Shown here in pieces: positions 28,620 to 41,900 of a stretch of DNA of 64,000 nt (within the stretch, counting starts at the first letter, position 1; every line of letters begins with the position of its first letter). The stretch comes from Macrostomum lignano (lineage: Eukaryota), in assembly GCA_002269645.1 (NCBI GenBank), contig NIVC01001641.1, positions 62,001 to 126,000 of the forward strand, read 5' to 3'. The position numbers were made by a program, and so were the translations under genes. A model generated the notes under the pieces. It saw only the letters and a program-made list of their open reading frames with translations. It made no database searches and was not told where the DNA came from.

Positions 28620-29245
28620 CGTCAAGGTCACGACCTTAAAAAGTTACCAGATCATGACCTTAAAACTATGTGGTTAGGTCACGGCCTGAAGACTTTGAGG
28701 TCACGACATGAAAACTATGAGGTTACGACCTGAAGACTTTGAGGTCATGACCTGAAAACTTTGAGGTCACGACCTGAAAACTATTAGGTCATGACCTAAA
28801 AACGTTAAGGTCACGACCTTAAAAGTATGACGTCACGACCTGAAAACTATTAGGTCACGGCCTGAAGACTTTGAGGTCACGACCTGAAAACTTTGAGGTC
28901 ATCGCAATCTTAATGATTAAGATGATCACTGTTTGCCTAATGATTAAGATTATTAAGAGGTTATTAAGATTATTAATCTTAATAACCTCATAAACCCATA
29001 AGCAGTAAGATCACGTCTTGAAAGACATTGTAGTCATGACCTGACAACTGCGAGGTCGCGACCTGAAAACTTTGAGGTCATCGCAATCTTAATGATTAAG
29101 ATGATCACTGTTTGCCTAATGATTAAGATTATTAAGAGGTTATTAAGATTATTAATCTTAATAACCTCATAAACCCATAAGCAGTAAGATCACGTCTTGA
29201 AAGACATTGTAGTCATGACCTGACAACTGCGAGGTCGCGACCTTC
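28620..29245. repeat. 22-bp minisatellite with AGGTCAYGACCT core, plus a duplicated ~179-bp block containing a 33-nt palindrome
   Basis: About 12 units over 28625-28890. The palindrome gaggttattaagatta-t-taatcttaataacctc occurs at 28957-28989 and 29136-29168. Confidence 0.85.
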
Positions 29246-30059
29246 ACCTTGGCTTGAAAAAATGCTTAAAAGTACATTTTACGCCAGCTTAGTGTGTTTT
29301 TTCGAGTACCACGTAATTGCGCTGTCATTTTTACTTAACGTATCTGTTGCCCATTGCCAAAAAGCCTGCTCTTAAGTCTCTTGCTCTTTCGGTTAACTCA
29401 ATAGTTAGGCATTCTGTGCTTTATTCTATTTTTTCACTGACTACCAGCTGGGATCAAATCAATGTGCTCGGTTGAATTCCCAGTTAGAAATCCCTCGGTT
29501 TTGTGTTTGCCATCTGCAACCCGATAATTGTTACTGCAACACTGGTCACTGTTTGCCTATACCGTGAATTGCACATCATTGCGCAGACCTTACACATGTT
29601 ACAGTTTCCTAAGCGTGTCTTTATCCATCACTTCTGCTCATAATCAGATCTGCTTTTTATCTTGTCTTTATTGCATTATTTCAAATGCTAAAATCCTTGC
29701 GTGTTTCTGTTTATTTCTGTCAGTCTGTCTGTCAATCCTCACTTCACAACCGGTTTCTGACGTACTGAACTGTAGTCCCTATTGATAATTAGACTATAAT
29801 GACTCTGTAGCAATTAGTTTTTTGTAGTTCCCTGGTTGTGTGGCACATTAGTTTACGAGTATAATTTGGATTAAGCGAAGTTAAACAATTAATACATAAA
29901 TATATTATACAACATTCAGTGCCATCAAACCGTTTATTATTAAAAACTGATTGACAAATACTTTTGTGCTGGTGTTGCCTTATTTAAAGTTTGAAAGCTC
30001 AAGTTTTATAGATTGCGACTGCTGTGAAGCTTATTTTAATTTATAATTGGGCTCTGTTG

Positions 30060-30590
30060 CCTCTCTGTGTCTGCTGTGTCTGCCGGTGCCTCTGTCTGTG
30101 TCTGCCGTGCCTGTCTGTGTCTGCCAATGCCTCTGGCAGTGTCTGCCGTGTCTGTCTGTGTCTGCCAATGCCTCTGGCAGTGTCTGCCTGCCTGTCTGTG
30201 TCTGCCGCTGCCTGTCTGTGTATGCCGGTGCCTCTGTCTGTGTCTGCCGGTGCCTCTGGCAGTGTCTGCCGTGCCTGTCTGTGTCTGCCAATGCCTCTGG
30301 CAGTGTCTGCCGTGTCTGTCTGTGTCTGCCAATGCCTCTGGCAGTGTCTGCCTGCCTGTCTGTGTCTGCCGCTGCCTGTCTGTGTCTGCCGCTGCCTGTC
30401 TGTGTCTGCCGGTGCCTCTGGCAGTGTCTGCCGTGCCTGTCTGTGTCTGCCAATGCCTCTGGCAGTGTCTGCCGTGCCTGTCTGGGTCTGCCGCCGCGTC
30501 TCTTTAACTGTTGTTGCCTGTCTGCCGCTGCCTGTCTGTCTGCTAGTGCATCTGGCCATGTCTCCATGTCTGCCGCTGTCTGTCCTGTGT
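30060..30590. repeat. TGTCTG-rich composite minisatellite upstream of the K2P gene
   Basis: Repeats of gtgtctgccaatgcctctggca / gcctgtctgtgtctgcc. Confidence 0.85.
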
Positions 30591-30875
30591 TTGCTATCTC
30601 TTCTATTTTAATCATTGGTTCTTCCGTGCCTCTCGGGCTGCCTCATGGTTTCATAAGCATTGTATTTTTTGTCTCTGCTAGAGCCCTAAGTCTTGGTTAA
30701 AGTAGGTTATCCGTCTTGTTTTTAGTCAGGTACAGCAATTGTTTGAGTTAAAAAAGCCAGTTTATATCTACGACTTTTATCTCTTGATGAACAGGGGACC
30801 GATTGAAACCGCATAGTTGCTAAGCGCTGGTAGGCAGGCCAACTGCAGCCTTAGAAGATCGGCTACTCCGCCATC

Positions 30876-32921
30876 ATGATGAACTCAACTGACGGCTCGT
30901 GCGAATCCAACAGCCGGTCCGCCCGCTGCCGCGGCTTCATCGATCAACTCGCTGAGCAGCGCTGGCTTCGCGGCTCGGCTTACCTGCTGCTGTACTTCCT
31001 GCTGTTCATGCCGTCTCTGGCCATGCTGTTCATGGCCATCGAGGGCCCGGTGGAAGAGCAGGAGAAGATCGCCCTGCGGCTGGCTAGGCTGGACTTCCTG
31101 GCTAATCACACCTGTCTGAGCGATGCCGAGCTAGAGCGCTTCCTGGCCATCGTGCTGGCGACTAACAATCGAGGCGTCTCCGCGCTGCGCAACGCCAGCC
31201 AGGGCCGCTCCAACTGGAGCTTCGGCCAGTCCCTGTTCTTCGCCACCACCGTGGTCACCACCATCGGCTACGGCCGCACCGCTCCGCTGTCCCATCTGGG
31301 CAAGGCCATGTGCATCGCTGTTGCTCTCATTGGCATCCCGCTCACCTTGCTGGCCTTCTCGCTCACCGCCGGCTGGCTCAGGCGCCTCTCGCTGCGGCTG
31401 CTGGTCTGGCTGAGGAACTGGTTCCCGCCCGATAGACAGGTGAGAGTCTGCAGCTCCCTGATCAGTCCCTGAATATGCCTCTCCGCTCCCTGATCAGTCC
31501 CTGAGTCTGCCTCTCCGCTCCCTGATCAGTCCCTGAGTCTGCCTCTCCGCTCCCTGATCAGTCCCTGAGTCTGCCTCTCCGCTCCCTGATCCGTCCCTGA
31601 GTCTGCAGCTCCCTGATCAGTCCCTGAGTCTGCCTCTCCACTCCCTGATCAGTCCCTGAGTCTGCCTCTCCGCTTCCTGATCAGTCCCTGAGTCTGCCTC
31701 TCCGCTCCCTGATCCGTCCCTGAGTCTGCCTCTCCGCTCCCTGATCCGTCCCTGAGTCTGCCTCTCCGCTCCCTGATCCGTCCCTGAGTCTGCAGCTCCC
31801 TGATCAGTCCCTGAGTCTGCCTCTCCGCTCCCTGATCAGTCCCTGAGTCTGCCTCTCCGCTCCCTGATCAGTCCCTGAGTCTGCCTCTCCGCTCCCTGAT
31901 CAGTCCCTGAGTCTGCCTCTCCGCTCCCTGATCCGTCCCTGAGTCTGCAGCTCCCTGATCAGTCCCTGAGTCTGCCTCTCCGCTCCCTGATCAGTCCCTG
32001 AGTCTGCCTCTCCGCTTCCTGATCAGTCCCTGAGTCTGCAGCTCCGCTCCCTGATCAGTCCCTGAGTCTGCCTCTCCGCTCCCTGATCCGTCCCTGAGTC
32101 TGCCTCTCCGCTCCCTGATCCGTCCCTGAGTCTGCAGCTCCCTGATCAGTCCCTGAGTCTGCCTCTCCGCTCCCTGATCAGTCCCTGAGTCTTCAGCTCC
32201 GCTCCCAGAGCAGTCCCTGAGTCTGCAGCTCCGCTCCCTGATCAGTCCCTGAGTCTGCAGCTCCGCTCCCTGATCAGTCCCTGAGTCTACCTCTCCGCTC
32301 CCTGATCAGTCCCTGAATCTTCCATGGACAACTAAAGTCCTCCATTCCAACCCATGAGTCTACTTTAGTTGTCTATGGGCTCAGTTTTCATGTGGGCAAA
32401 ATTCAGCCCGTGGATCATGACTAAATTCCCGCCTGCAGTCTCGTGCCGCCCTGCTCCACCTGTGCCTGATTTTCACCTGCCTGCTCGTCTGCTTCCTGCT
32501 GATCCCTGCCGCCGCATTCGCCCAATTGGAGCGGGACTGGACCTACCTGGACGCATTCTACTACTGCGTGATCTCGCTGACCACCGTCGGCCTGGGCGAC
32601 TTCATCGTTGGCGAGCACCCTGACCAGGAGAACCGCCTGCTGTACAAAATATTCGCGGTCGTTTACCTGTACGTCGGCCTCATCTTCCTGGTGTTTGCGT
32701 TGCGCAGCTTCGCCGACCTGCCCGACCTGAATCCGGGCCGGTTCATCTACTCCGAAGACCTGGACGCCCTTATTGACAGCGACCGGTACGATGTCTCCAC
32801 GGGGTGCAGCGGCGGTGGCAGCGAGGAAGCCAAACTGCTGTCGCCGTCGAGCCTGGGTTCAGCAACGGCATCTGGCGGCAGCGTCGGACCGCGCGGCTAC
32901 GACTCGACAGGGGTCAAATAA
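30876..32921 (+). CDS. KCNK1: Two-pore-domain potassium channel, TWIK-like (KCNK1/6 group)
   Basis: Exons 30876-31439 and 32439-32921 (phase 0). P1 is FFATTVVTTIGYG and P2 is YYCVISLTTVGLGD; four TM segments and a cap Cys. The GYG+GLG filter pair is typical of TWIK. The symbol is family-level. Confidence 0.88.
31445..32320. repeat. 32-bp intronic minisatellite
   Basis: Unit ctgagtctgcctctccgctccctgatcagtcc, beginning at the splice donor. Confidence 0.95.
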
Positions 32922-32999
32922 GGACAAATCATCAGTTAGGGATTTCCCTAACACTCAACACCCATCTGAGACCGGGGGTCGGGGACGTAACTGTTTTGC

Positions 33000-33306
33000 G
33001 CCACATGCACATTGGGGTCGGGTGGTGGGACTAAAGTTAAGATGAATGTTTTCACTTTCAATGTAAGGGCTGAGGGGAGCTCTTAAGTTCTTAGAATCGG
33101 GGACTCAAGAAACAAAGACAGAAATCTTTACACAACACGCACGTGGAGGTTGGAAATTGGAATGGGGGGGTTTAAAGTTAAAATATGTTTTCATTTTCAA
33201 TACAAAGGGAGCTCTTAAATTCCTGGGGTCAGGGACTCAAACAACAAATTATTGACACCACATGCACGTTGTGTTTGGGATGGTGGGGGCTTAAGTTAAG
33301 ATGAAT
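33000..33306. repeat. Diverged ~130-bp tandem repeat, ~2.5 copies
   Basis: Recurring cacatgcac...aagttaagatgaatg...gggagctcttaa...gggactcaa. Confidence 0.6.
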
Positions 33307-33534
33307 GAAGCCAATAGGGAAGCATCAAAGAAGGCCAGATTGCAAAGGAGGCTTCTTGGAAACCAGCTGATGAGTAGGCCATCGGCCTCGCAGATCTTGG
33401 TAAGAAATGGAGATTTTGTTACTTTCGTCACCTAAACAATATGAGAAAATGAGAGAAGGGAGAGAGGAGAGAGTGAGAAAGGGGCAGAAAAAAGAGAGGA
33501 AAGAAGAGAGGAGAGGCAAGAGACGATAGAGGAG

Positions 33535-33845
33535 AGGACGTTCGCCCTTGGCCTCAATTGTGCGGTCTCTGCAACTTGAGCAGCAGCACTTCGTGTAGCG
33601 GCTCAGGGCAGCGGGCCTCCGACCGGATGACGTGGCCAGCCAGTCGAAGTCGTCGGCTCTCATCGCCCGCGCAGCAGGTCAGAGGGCCGCATCGGGCAAG
33701 TTTTTGTGTGGCATTGGTCTCGCTGTCTAGACTGATGCGCACTCCAAACGCCGCACGCAGCATGGCCGCATGCGCAGCGTCCAGCTGCCTCTCCAAGGCG
33801 TTCATCAGGGCAGGTCTCGGTGCTGTACAACAGTTACGGAACGTT
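33535..33845 (-). mobile_element. Decayed 3' fragment of an RTE-like LINE related to the 3854-6277 element
   Basis: LERQLDAAHAAMLRAAF...RRLRLAGHVIRSEARCPEPLHEVLLL aligns with LEQQVDAAHAGLLRAAF...RRLQLAGHLIRAESYCPQPVQEVLLL of the intact ORF. Confidence 0.8.
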
Positions 33846-36800
33846 TACTGGCTACGGCTACGGATATGGATACGGATAGGCTACGGATACGGATAGGCTA
33901 CGGATATGGATAGGCTACGGATATGGATAGGCTACGGATATGGATACGGATAGGCTACGGGTACGGATAGGCTACGGATATGGATAGGCTACGGATATGG
34001 ATACGGATAGGCTACGGGTACGGATAGGCTACGGATATGGATAGGCTACGGATATGGATACGGATAGGCTACGGATACGGATAGGCTACGGATATGGATA
34101 GGCTACGGATACGGATAGGCTACGGGTACGGATAGGCTACGGATACGGATAGGCTACGGGTACGGATAGGCTACGGATATGGATAGGCTACGGATATGGA
34201 TAGGCTACGGGGATACGGATAGGCTACGGGTATGGATACGGATAGGCTACGGATACGGATAGGCTACGGGGATACGGATAGGCTACGGCTACGGATATGG
34301 ATACGGATAGGCTACGGATATGGATACGGATAGGCTACGGATACGGATAGGCTACGGATATGGATACGGATAGGCTACGGGTACGGATAGGCTACGGATA
34401 TGGATAGGCTACGGGGATACGGATAGGCTACGGGTATGGATACGGATAGGCTACGGATACGGATAGGCTACGGGGATACGGATAGGCTACGGATACGGAT
34501 AGGCTACGGATATGGATACGGATAGGCTACGGATACGGATAGGCTACGGATATGGATACGGATAGGCTACGGATACGGATAGGCTACGGATATGGATACG
34601 GATAGGCTACGGATACGGATAGGCTACGGATATGGATACGGATAGGCTACGGATACGGATAGGCTACGGATATGGATAGGCTACGGATATGGATACGGAT
34701 AGGCTACGGGTACGGATAGGCTACGGATATGGATAGGCTACGGATATGGATAGGCTACGGGGATACGGATAGGCTACGGGTATGGATACGGATAGGCTAC
34801 GGATACGGATAGGCTACGGGGATACGGATAGGCTACGGATACGGATAGGCTACGGATATGGATACAGATAGGCTACGGATACGGATAGGCTACGGATATG
34901 GATACGGATAGGCTACGGATACGGATAGGCTACGGATATGGATACGGATAGGCTACGGGTATGGATAGGCTACGGATATGGATACGGATAGGCTACGGAT
35001 ACGGATAGGCTACGGATATGGATACGGATAGGCTACGGATACGGATAGGCTACGGATATGGATACGGATAGGCTACGGATACGGATAGGCTACGGATATG
35101 GATACGGATAGGCTACGGATACGGATAGGCTACGGATATGGATAGGCTACGGGGATACGGATAGGCTACGGGTATGGATAGGCTACGGATATGGATACGG
35201 ATAGGCTACGGATACGGATAGGCTACGGATATGAATACGGATAGGCTACGGATACGGATAGGCTACGGATATGGATACGGATAGGCTACGGATATGGATA
35301 CGGATAGGCTACGGATACGGATAGGCTACGGATATGGATACGGATAGGCTACGGATACGGATAGGCTACGGATATGGATACGGATAGGCTACGGATACGG
35401 ATAGGCTACGGATATGGATACGGATAGGCTACGGATACGGATAGGCTACGGATATGGATAGGCTACGGGGATACGGATAGGCTACGGGTATGGATACGGA
35501 TAGGCTACGGGTATGGATACGGATAGGCTACGGGTATGGATACGGATAGGCTACGGGTATGGATACGGATAGGCTACGGATATGGATGTGGATAGGCTAC
35601 GGATATGGATAGGCTACGGGGATACGGATAGGCTACGGGTATGGATACGGATAGGCTACGGGTATGGATACGGATAGGCTACGGATATGGATTTGGATAG
35701 GCTACGGGTATGGATACGGATAGACTACGGATATGGATACGGATAGGCTACAGATATGGATGCGGATAGGCTACAGATATGGATGCGGATAGGCTACAGA
35801 TATGGATACGGATAGGCTACGGATATGGATAGGCTACGGGGATACGGATAGGCTACGGGTATGGATACGGATAGGCTACGGGTATGGATACGGATAGGCT
35901 ACGGATATGGATTTGGATAGGCTACGGGTATGGATACGGATAGGCTACAGATATGGATGCGGATAGGCTACAGATATGGATACGGATAGGCTACAGATAT
36001 GGATACGGATAGGCTGCGGATATGGATGCGGATAGGCTACAGATATGGATATGGATAGGCTACGGGGATACGGATAGGCTACGGATATGGATACGGATAG
36101 GCTACAGATATGGATGCGGATAGGCTACGGATATGGATGCGGATAGGCTACGGATATGGATGCGGATAGGCTACGGATATGGATACGGATAGGCTACAGA
36201 TATGGATACGGATAGGCTGCGGATATGGATGCGGATAGGCTACAGATATGGATGCGGATAGGCTACGGATATGGATATGGATAGGCTACGGATATGGATG
36301 CGGATAGGCTACGGATATGGATACGGATAGGCTACGGATATGGATACGGATAGGCTACGGGTATGGATGCGAATAGGCTACAGATATGGATACGGATAGG
36401 CTACGGATATGGATACGGATAGGCTACGGATATGGATGTGGATAGGCTACTGATATGGATACGGATAGGCTACGGATATGGATACGGATAGGCTACGGAT
36501 ATGGATGCGGATAGGCTACAGATATGGATGCGGATAGGATACGGATATGGATGCGGATAGGCTACGGATATGGATGCGGATAGGCTACGGATATGGATGC
36601 GGATAGGCTACGGATATGGATACGGATAGGCTACGGATATGGATGCGGATAGGCTACAGATATGGATGCGGATAGGCTACGGATATGGATACGGATAGGC
36701 TACGGATATGGATACGGATAGGCTACGGATATGGATGCGGATAGGCTACGGATATGGATGCGGATAGGCTACAGATATGGATACGGATAGGCTACGGATA

Positions 36801-37188
36801 TGGATACGGATAGGCTACGGATATGGATGCGGATAGGCTACGGATATGGATGCGGATAGGCTACTGATATGGATACGGATAGGCTACGGATATGGATACG
36901 GATAGGCTACGGATATGGATACGGATAGGCTACGGATATGGATGCGGATAGGCTACGGATATGGATGCGGATAGGCTACGGATATGGATGCGGATAGGCT
37001 ACGGATATGGATACGGATAGGCTACGGATATGGATGCGGATAGGCTACGGATATGGATGCGGATAGGCTACGGATATGGATGCGGATAGGCTACGGATAT
37101 CGATACGGATAGGCTACAAATATGGATGCGGATAGGCTACGGATATGGATGCGGATAGGCTACGGATATGGATGCGGATAGGCTACGG
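33846..37188. repeat. 3.3-kb GGATA-based satellite (17- and 23-bp units)
   Basis: Units ggataggctacggatac and ggataggctacggatatggatac. Confidence 0.97.
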
Positions 37189-38011
37189 GAAAACGGCGAA
37201 ACTCTACTCATCTCCCTTCCTTAGTAAGCAGGACACGGAGGATGTTACTTTCCGTGTGGAAAATTTTCACTTTTGAAATGCCCGTCAGTTTTAAAACGAG
37301 TCTCGTGGAGAAATTCCAGTCTCGTGTGCTAATAGTTATCTGGTTAGGCTGATCATTCCAGCGTTTTTCGTTTATAATATTTAAATATTTCAGTTTACAT
37401 TCTTTTGCTACTGCGGCGGCGAAGTTAACGATTTTTTGTGCCTAATTATTTCCATCCTATCTCGCCGTCACAATTTCTAAGTAGTATTGTTCGAATTTTT
37501 CTTTATTTTTTATTAATCCTTGCGGCCAAAGAACTGCAATTATGCAGTCCATTCGAATTACGAGTAGGTTAATTTTTCTGATTCCAAGTATCAATATGTC
37601 ATGTTATTTAAGCGTTAGAGATTTGATTCTATAATTTATGAAATATAAAGAATTTTTTGTTAACTGAGTGTTTATCGCCTTTAACTGAGATTTATTAGGT
37701 TTTTTGAGAAATTTGCGATCGATAATCCAGTTTTTTACTGCTATGATGTTTAAAAAAAATTTTTTTTCATATCAAATAAATATGTCTGACTAAATTATTT
37801 GAATCGAATTTTCTCCTTAGCAACAAATGTTTGCATTGGTTACGGGCAGTTACAAGCGTAAATCCCTCTTCTTGAGATAGACAGAATTATTATTAAAGAT
37901 CTTTTATTGCCCTTAGCAACGAAGGTCGCCTTGAAAACAGCGCCTAAAAGACTGGAGAGTGTGCGATACCGATTGATTTTGGTTATTAGGTGCAATTAGG
38001 GGGCTGTACTA

Positions 38012-38320
38012 GGGGATTTTAGCCTAGTAGTTAGAGCGTCAGACTCACGACTTGAAGGTCGGGAGTTCGATTCCCGATCCCACTGGAACAATTTGTGTCC
38101 TTGAGCAAGACACGTAACTCTGCATTGCTTCAGTTCACCCAGCTGTAAAATGGGTGCCAGCATTAGCTGGGGTAATTGAGGGTGTGTGGCGACCCCCCAG
38201 TCTATGGACTGAACAGCCGTACGCAGCCTTCAGATGCACCGCGCAATAGCTGCGGCTGAGCTGTCGGTTGCACATCTGGCCCAATTGGGACAGGTCTGAT
38301 CAATTAATATTATTATTATA
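38012..38320 (+). mobile_element. tRNA(Met/Lys-like)-derived CORE-like SINE (family A)
   Basis: A box tagcctagtagttagagc, B box gagttcgattccc, central gtgtccttgagcaagacacgtaactc...cagttcacccagctgtaaaatggg (38092-38154), and (ATT)n tail. A second copy lies at 23186-23480. Confidence 0.85.
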
Positions 38321-38560
38321 GGTGCAAAAGGTCTGATGTTTCAGTCTTTTTCAGGATTTCATGCCTCCAAAAATTGTATAAATTTCCAATTTGAGTGTTC
38401 GCAAGTTTAGTGGAAAGAGGATTACTGAGTTGAAGTTTTTGGAGTCTTTCACAGATTATAAAATTTCATAATTTGCTAGATGAAATCCTTGGCTGGCGTC
38501 AGTAATTTCTGCCGCGTCACACCTGCAAATTGCTGCACCTCTATTCGAGCACTACTAATC

Positions 38561-40541
38561 ATGCTCAGCATTCAGCGTGCCGTGCCGCTCCGAGGTGCCA
38601 AGGCGGCGGCCCTCTGCCGACGGCGGCTTTCCAGCTACGTTCAGGGCCAGAGCTCCGAGAGGGGCGTTCGGGAGTACTTTTACTTTATCGACCATCAGGG
38701 CCAGCTGTTCCTGGACGATGCGCGGATGAAGAATTTCACCTCTTGTTTCAAAGGTTTTTCATGCTCGATCGCATTGCCTATATGGGGGGGGGCAGAGCAG
38801 CTTAGAGTCAAATGCGCATCCGATTCTTGCGCCATGTGACCTCTGGTTCGATTCCGTGTGCAGTGACATTCATTTGTTGGAACAAATTGTCGTGTTCAAA
38901 AGAAACAAGCAGAACTTCAATTCAAACACTTTAAGAGATCTCAGCGCTTGCGGAAATTCGGTTCAAACAAAGTCCCTTTCTATTGAAACAGAAGTTCAAT
39001 TCAAACTGTCTGTAGCAAAAATTGTTCCTGAGTGACCCGCATGAGCAGCTTGGAAATTCAAAAGAAACAAAGTTACATTCTACAAAGTATTTCGACATAG
39101 ATTCTTAAAAGTTAATCTATTTTTTGTTTTCAATTTCACTGTGCTACATAACTGTACAATTGTTGCACACTAAGAATTGCCGTGAGTGTTGAATATGATT
39201 GAAATTGTTGGAAGAGGACGGAATCGATAAAGTTAATTGAAGCAGAATTCGAGGAAGAGGTCGTGAAACACCAGCCTCTGCAGTACGCTTTTCTAGCCAA
39301 CAGTGATAGAGACCGTATCATCAAGGCTGCTGATCGTAGGGATGACTGTGAAACTGGCGCGCCAAATTGGAGTCAAGAGGTCAACAGCGAACATACGTCT
39401 CTCGCTGCCTTGGTGGACAGGCAATTGATGGTTAGGAGGCTCAAGTTGACCAACTGACATTGACTCGTTCCGGTTCGACATTTTACTCTTATGTTCATCG
39501 ATATGTTGTGTTTTATCTCTTTGACGAAATAGAATGTAACTTTGTTTCTTTTGAATTTCCAATCTGCTCATGCGGGTCACTCAGGAACAATTTTTGCCAC
39601 AAGACAGTTTGAATTGAACTTCTTCTGTTTCAATAGAAAGGGACTTTGTTTGAATTGAATTTCCGCAAGCGCTGAGATTTCTTAGTGTTTAAATGCATTT
39701 ATTCAGAGCTTCTCTCACTTGAAGGATTCAAACGCTTGCTGCCTTGACTCAGTTTTTACCATAGACAGCCAGTAGAGAGGCTCTGAATGCATGTATTTTT
39801 TTCTATTTTGGATTCAATTGCTTGCTCGTAGGCTCAGCTAGTGTGAGAAATGCCATATTATTTTTTACGCATCAGTTTACCTCCGCTAATCCTTTCTCTA
39901 AGAGTAATCAAAGTGACTACTAAGATTTTAATTCATGCTCTAAGAGTTCATCCCACTGTCTAATGAGGTTGTCGCCCAAATCCAGGTGACCTCATGCAGT
40001 AGTTACTGGGTGGCTCCCCACCCGTCCCACAGAGCACAAATTCTTGGCCTTCTTCTTCTCCCGCCTGCGCGCGAACAACACGGACCGGTACAGGGACCAG
40101 TTCCCCTGGCTGTCCCCGTGCGGCCCGGAGCGGAACTACGTCCGCTGCGACGACCAGCCGATTGTGTTCACTCGTCTCCATGACAACCCGGACAATCCGG
40201 ACGAGTGCTGGCTGTTGTACAATCACTGCGGTGACAAGCTGAAGGTGCCGTTCCAGCCTGGCGGGGTGTGCATGCACCCGAGCAGCGGCCGGGTGTACCA
40301 CCCAGCAGGTGACCGGCACGGCGGCGTCGGCCTGATCCGCTCCCAGCTCGCCATCCAGCTGGCAACTAACTTTGTGTGGCGAGGCAGCGACTCTTCGTCG
40401 AACTCGTCGAGCTTGACCAGTCCGACTCATTTTGTTTGGCGGGGAGTTGAGCACGAGATCAATTCGGATTTGTTGAAGATTCTCGATACCAGAGAGCCGA
40501 GGTTTAGGGGGCTGTTTGTTGGAGTTGACAGCGAGGATTAG
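38561..40541 (+). CDS. C8orf82: UPF0598 protein C8orf82 homolog, putatively mitochondrial
   Basis: Exons 38561-38753 and 40033-40541 (phase 1). REYFYFIDHQGQLFLDDARMKNFTSCFK|EHKFLAFFFSRLR..CGPERNYVRCDDQPIVFT; Arg/Ala-rich presequence-like N-terminus. Confidence 0.9.
38923..39691. mobile_element. Foldback/long-TIR element in the C8orf82 intron
   Basis: ~38923-39085 is the reverse complement of ~39530-39691 (e.g. ttgttcctgagtgacccgcatgagcag vs ctgctcatgcgggtcactcaggaacaa). Confidence 0.8.
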
Positions 40542-41799
40542 TGCGGATCGCTGCAATTTTAAAGTTCGCGGGGAGTCGCCAGAATTGACTCTGAAATATT
40601 CGATTTCGTAAATCGGTTAACCTGTTCTCAAAAAGGCACGGTTTTTGGCATCCGCGCCACGCGCGCCACGACCCCTGATTTGATTCCGTGCGTAGCCTCA
40701 AATTCATTTAAGGTTAGGGTGCAAAAAAAATTTGCTGGGGAGGTGTGCGATTCACACACACCCATGATGGCCAAGGCACAGAGAGTCAGGGCCAAACACC
40801 CTCTTTTTGGCGTCTTAAAACCAAGTATAGGGCTCCTTAGTCAAGTTATAAGAGATGCAGGTGTAAGACTAACACCCTCTCAAGCGATAAAATTTACTTA
40901 GGTGGACATGGCCCCCTGTCCCCAAACCTTTGGCGACGCCACTACTGAACTTAGTTTGTTCGTTCATTTTTGTGATTGTAACATTGCATCGACATTTATA
41001 ATTTTATATGACTATTTGAATCCAGCACCTTCCGTGCACTTTTCTGCAACTTGTCTATATTTAAAATATACGCATTCACTCATTCATTCGTAAAGTTCCC
41101 ACGGTTTGAATTCAGAAAATTCTGTGCTTCGTCATTTACTCTTATTGCTTCAGCATTTCCTTCATACCTCATTAGTGCATGCAGCTCTTTGATCGCTTAG
41201 TGTGCTATCAAATTCACAACACAAGTGCAGTGCAGTCCATTATCAACGATCGGTCAAAGTGCGAGTGTAACAAAACGCAAAAAATGATACGTATTTTTAA
41301 CGTTTCTATAACTCTCGTTTTGTAGCACTGGCCGTCACCTGTCACACCTTTAATTATTTTGCTTTGCAGTGCAGTCTGGAGTTAAAACCCGTGCACACAA
41401 TGTACACCAGATATTCTGATTTAGTGTGGGCGTTCAGTCAGTGTACATTAGGTTTGACTTTTCCCGGCCCAGGCACGCTTAATCACGTGCTTCTGGCGTG
41501 ATTGTCACTGTACGCATTCTGGCAAGAGCGAGGGAACCCCACCAAGGACGATGTTGCTATTTTTAGCTTTCTGTCCAGCTATTTGGACGTGGAGTCGAAC
41601 AGACCTACATTTCTGTGTCCGAACAAACTGCGCACGTTTTCGTATGCGCAACGTTATTGAAGAACCCTTCTCTCGGTCTTTGCTTACAGAGTTTAATTGC
41701 GCTCCGGTGTGGACTTCATGGAGTCCAAAGATCTATAAATTTTGTGACTGCGTTGCAAGCGACACGCAAGGCTCTCAGCGCAACAGAGGCGAATAATAC

Positions 41800-41900
41800 T
41801 TATTGGTCACGCCTGCGCCGCATGCGAATGTCTTCTCCGAGTTGAATCAGTGATTATATATACGAGCTGAAGCCTGAATCGGTTCGCTAGCCAATGCTTT
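41800..41900 (+). promoter_or_regulatory. Putative promoter of the Cys2-like gene
   Basis: ATTGG and CCAAT boxes and a tgcgccgcatgcg NRF1-like motif, 100-200 nt upstream of the ATG at 42000. Confidence 0.3.

Noticed and set aside
37810-37920. Two ccttagcaac X-box (RFX)-like motifs
   Set aside because: Only half-sites match well, they lie >600 nt from the next ATG, and chance occurrence is plausible.
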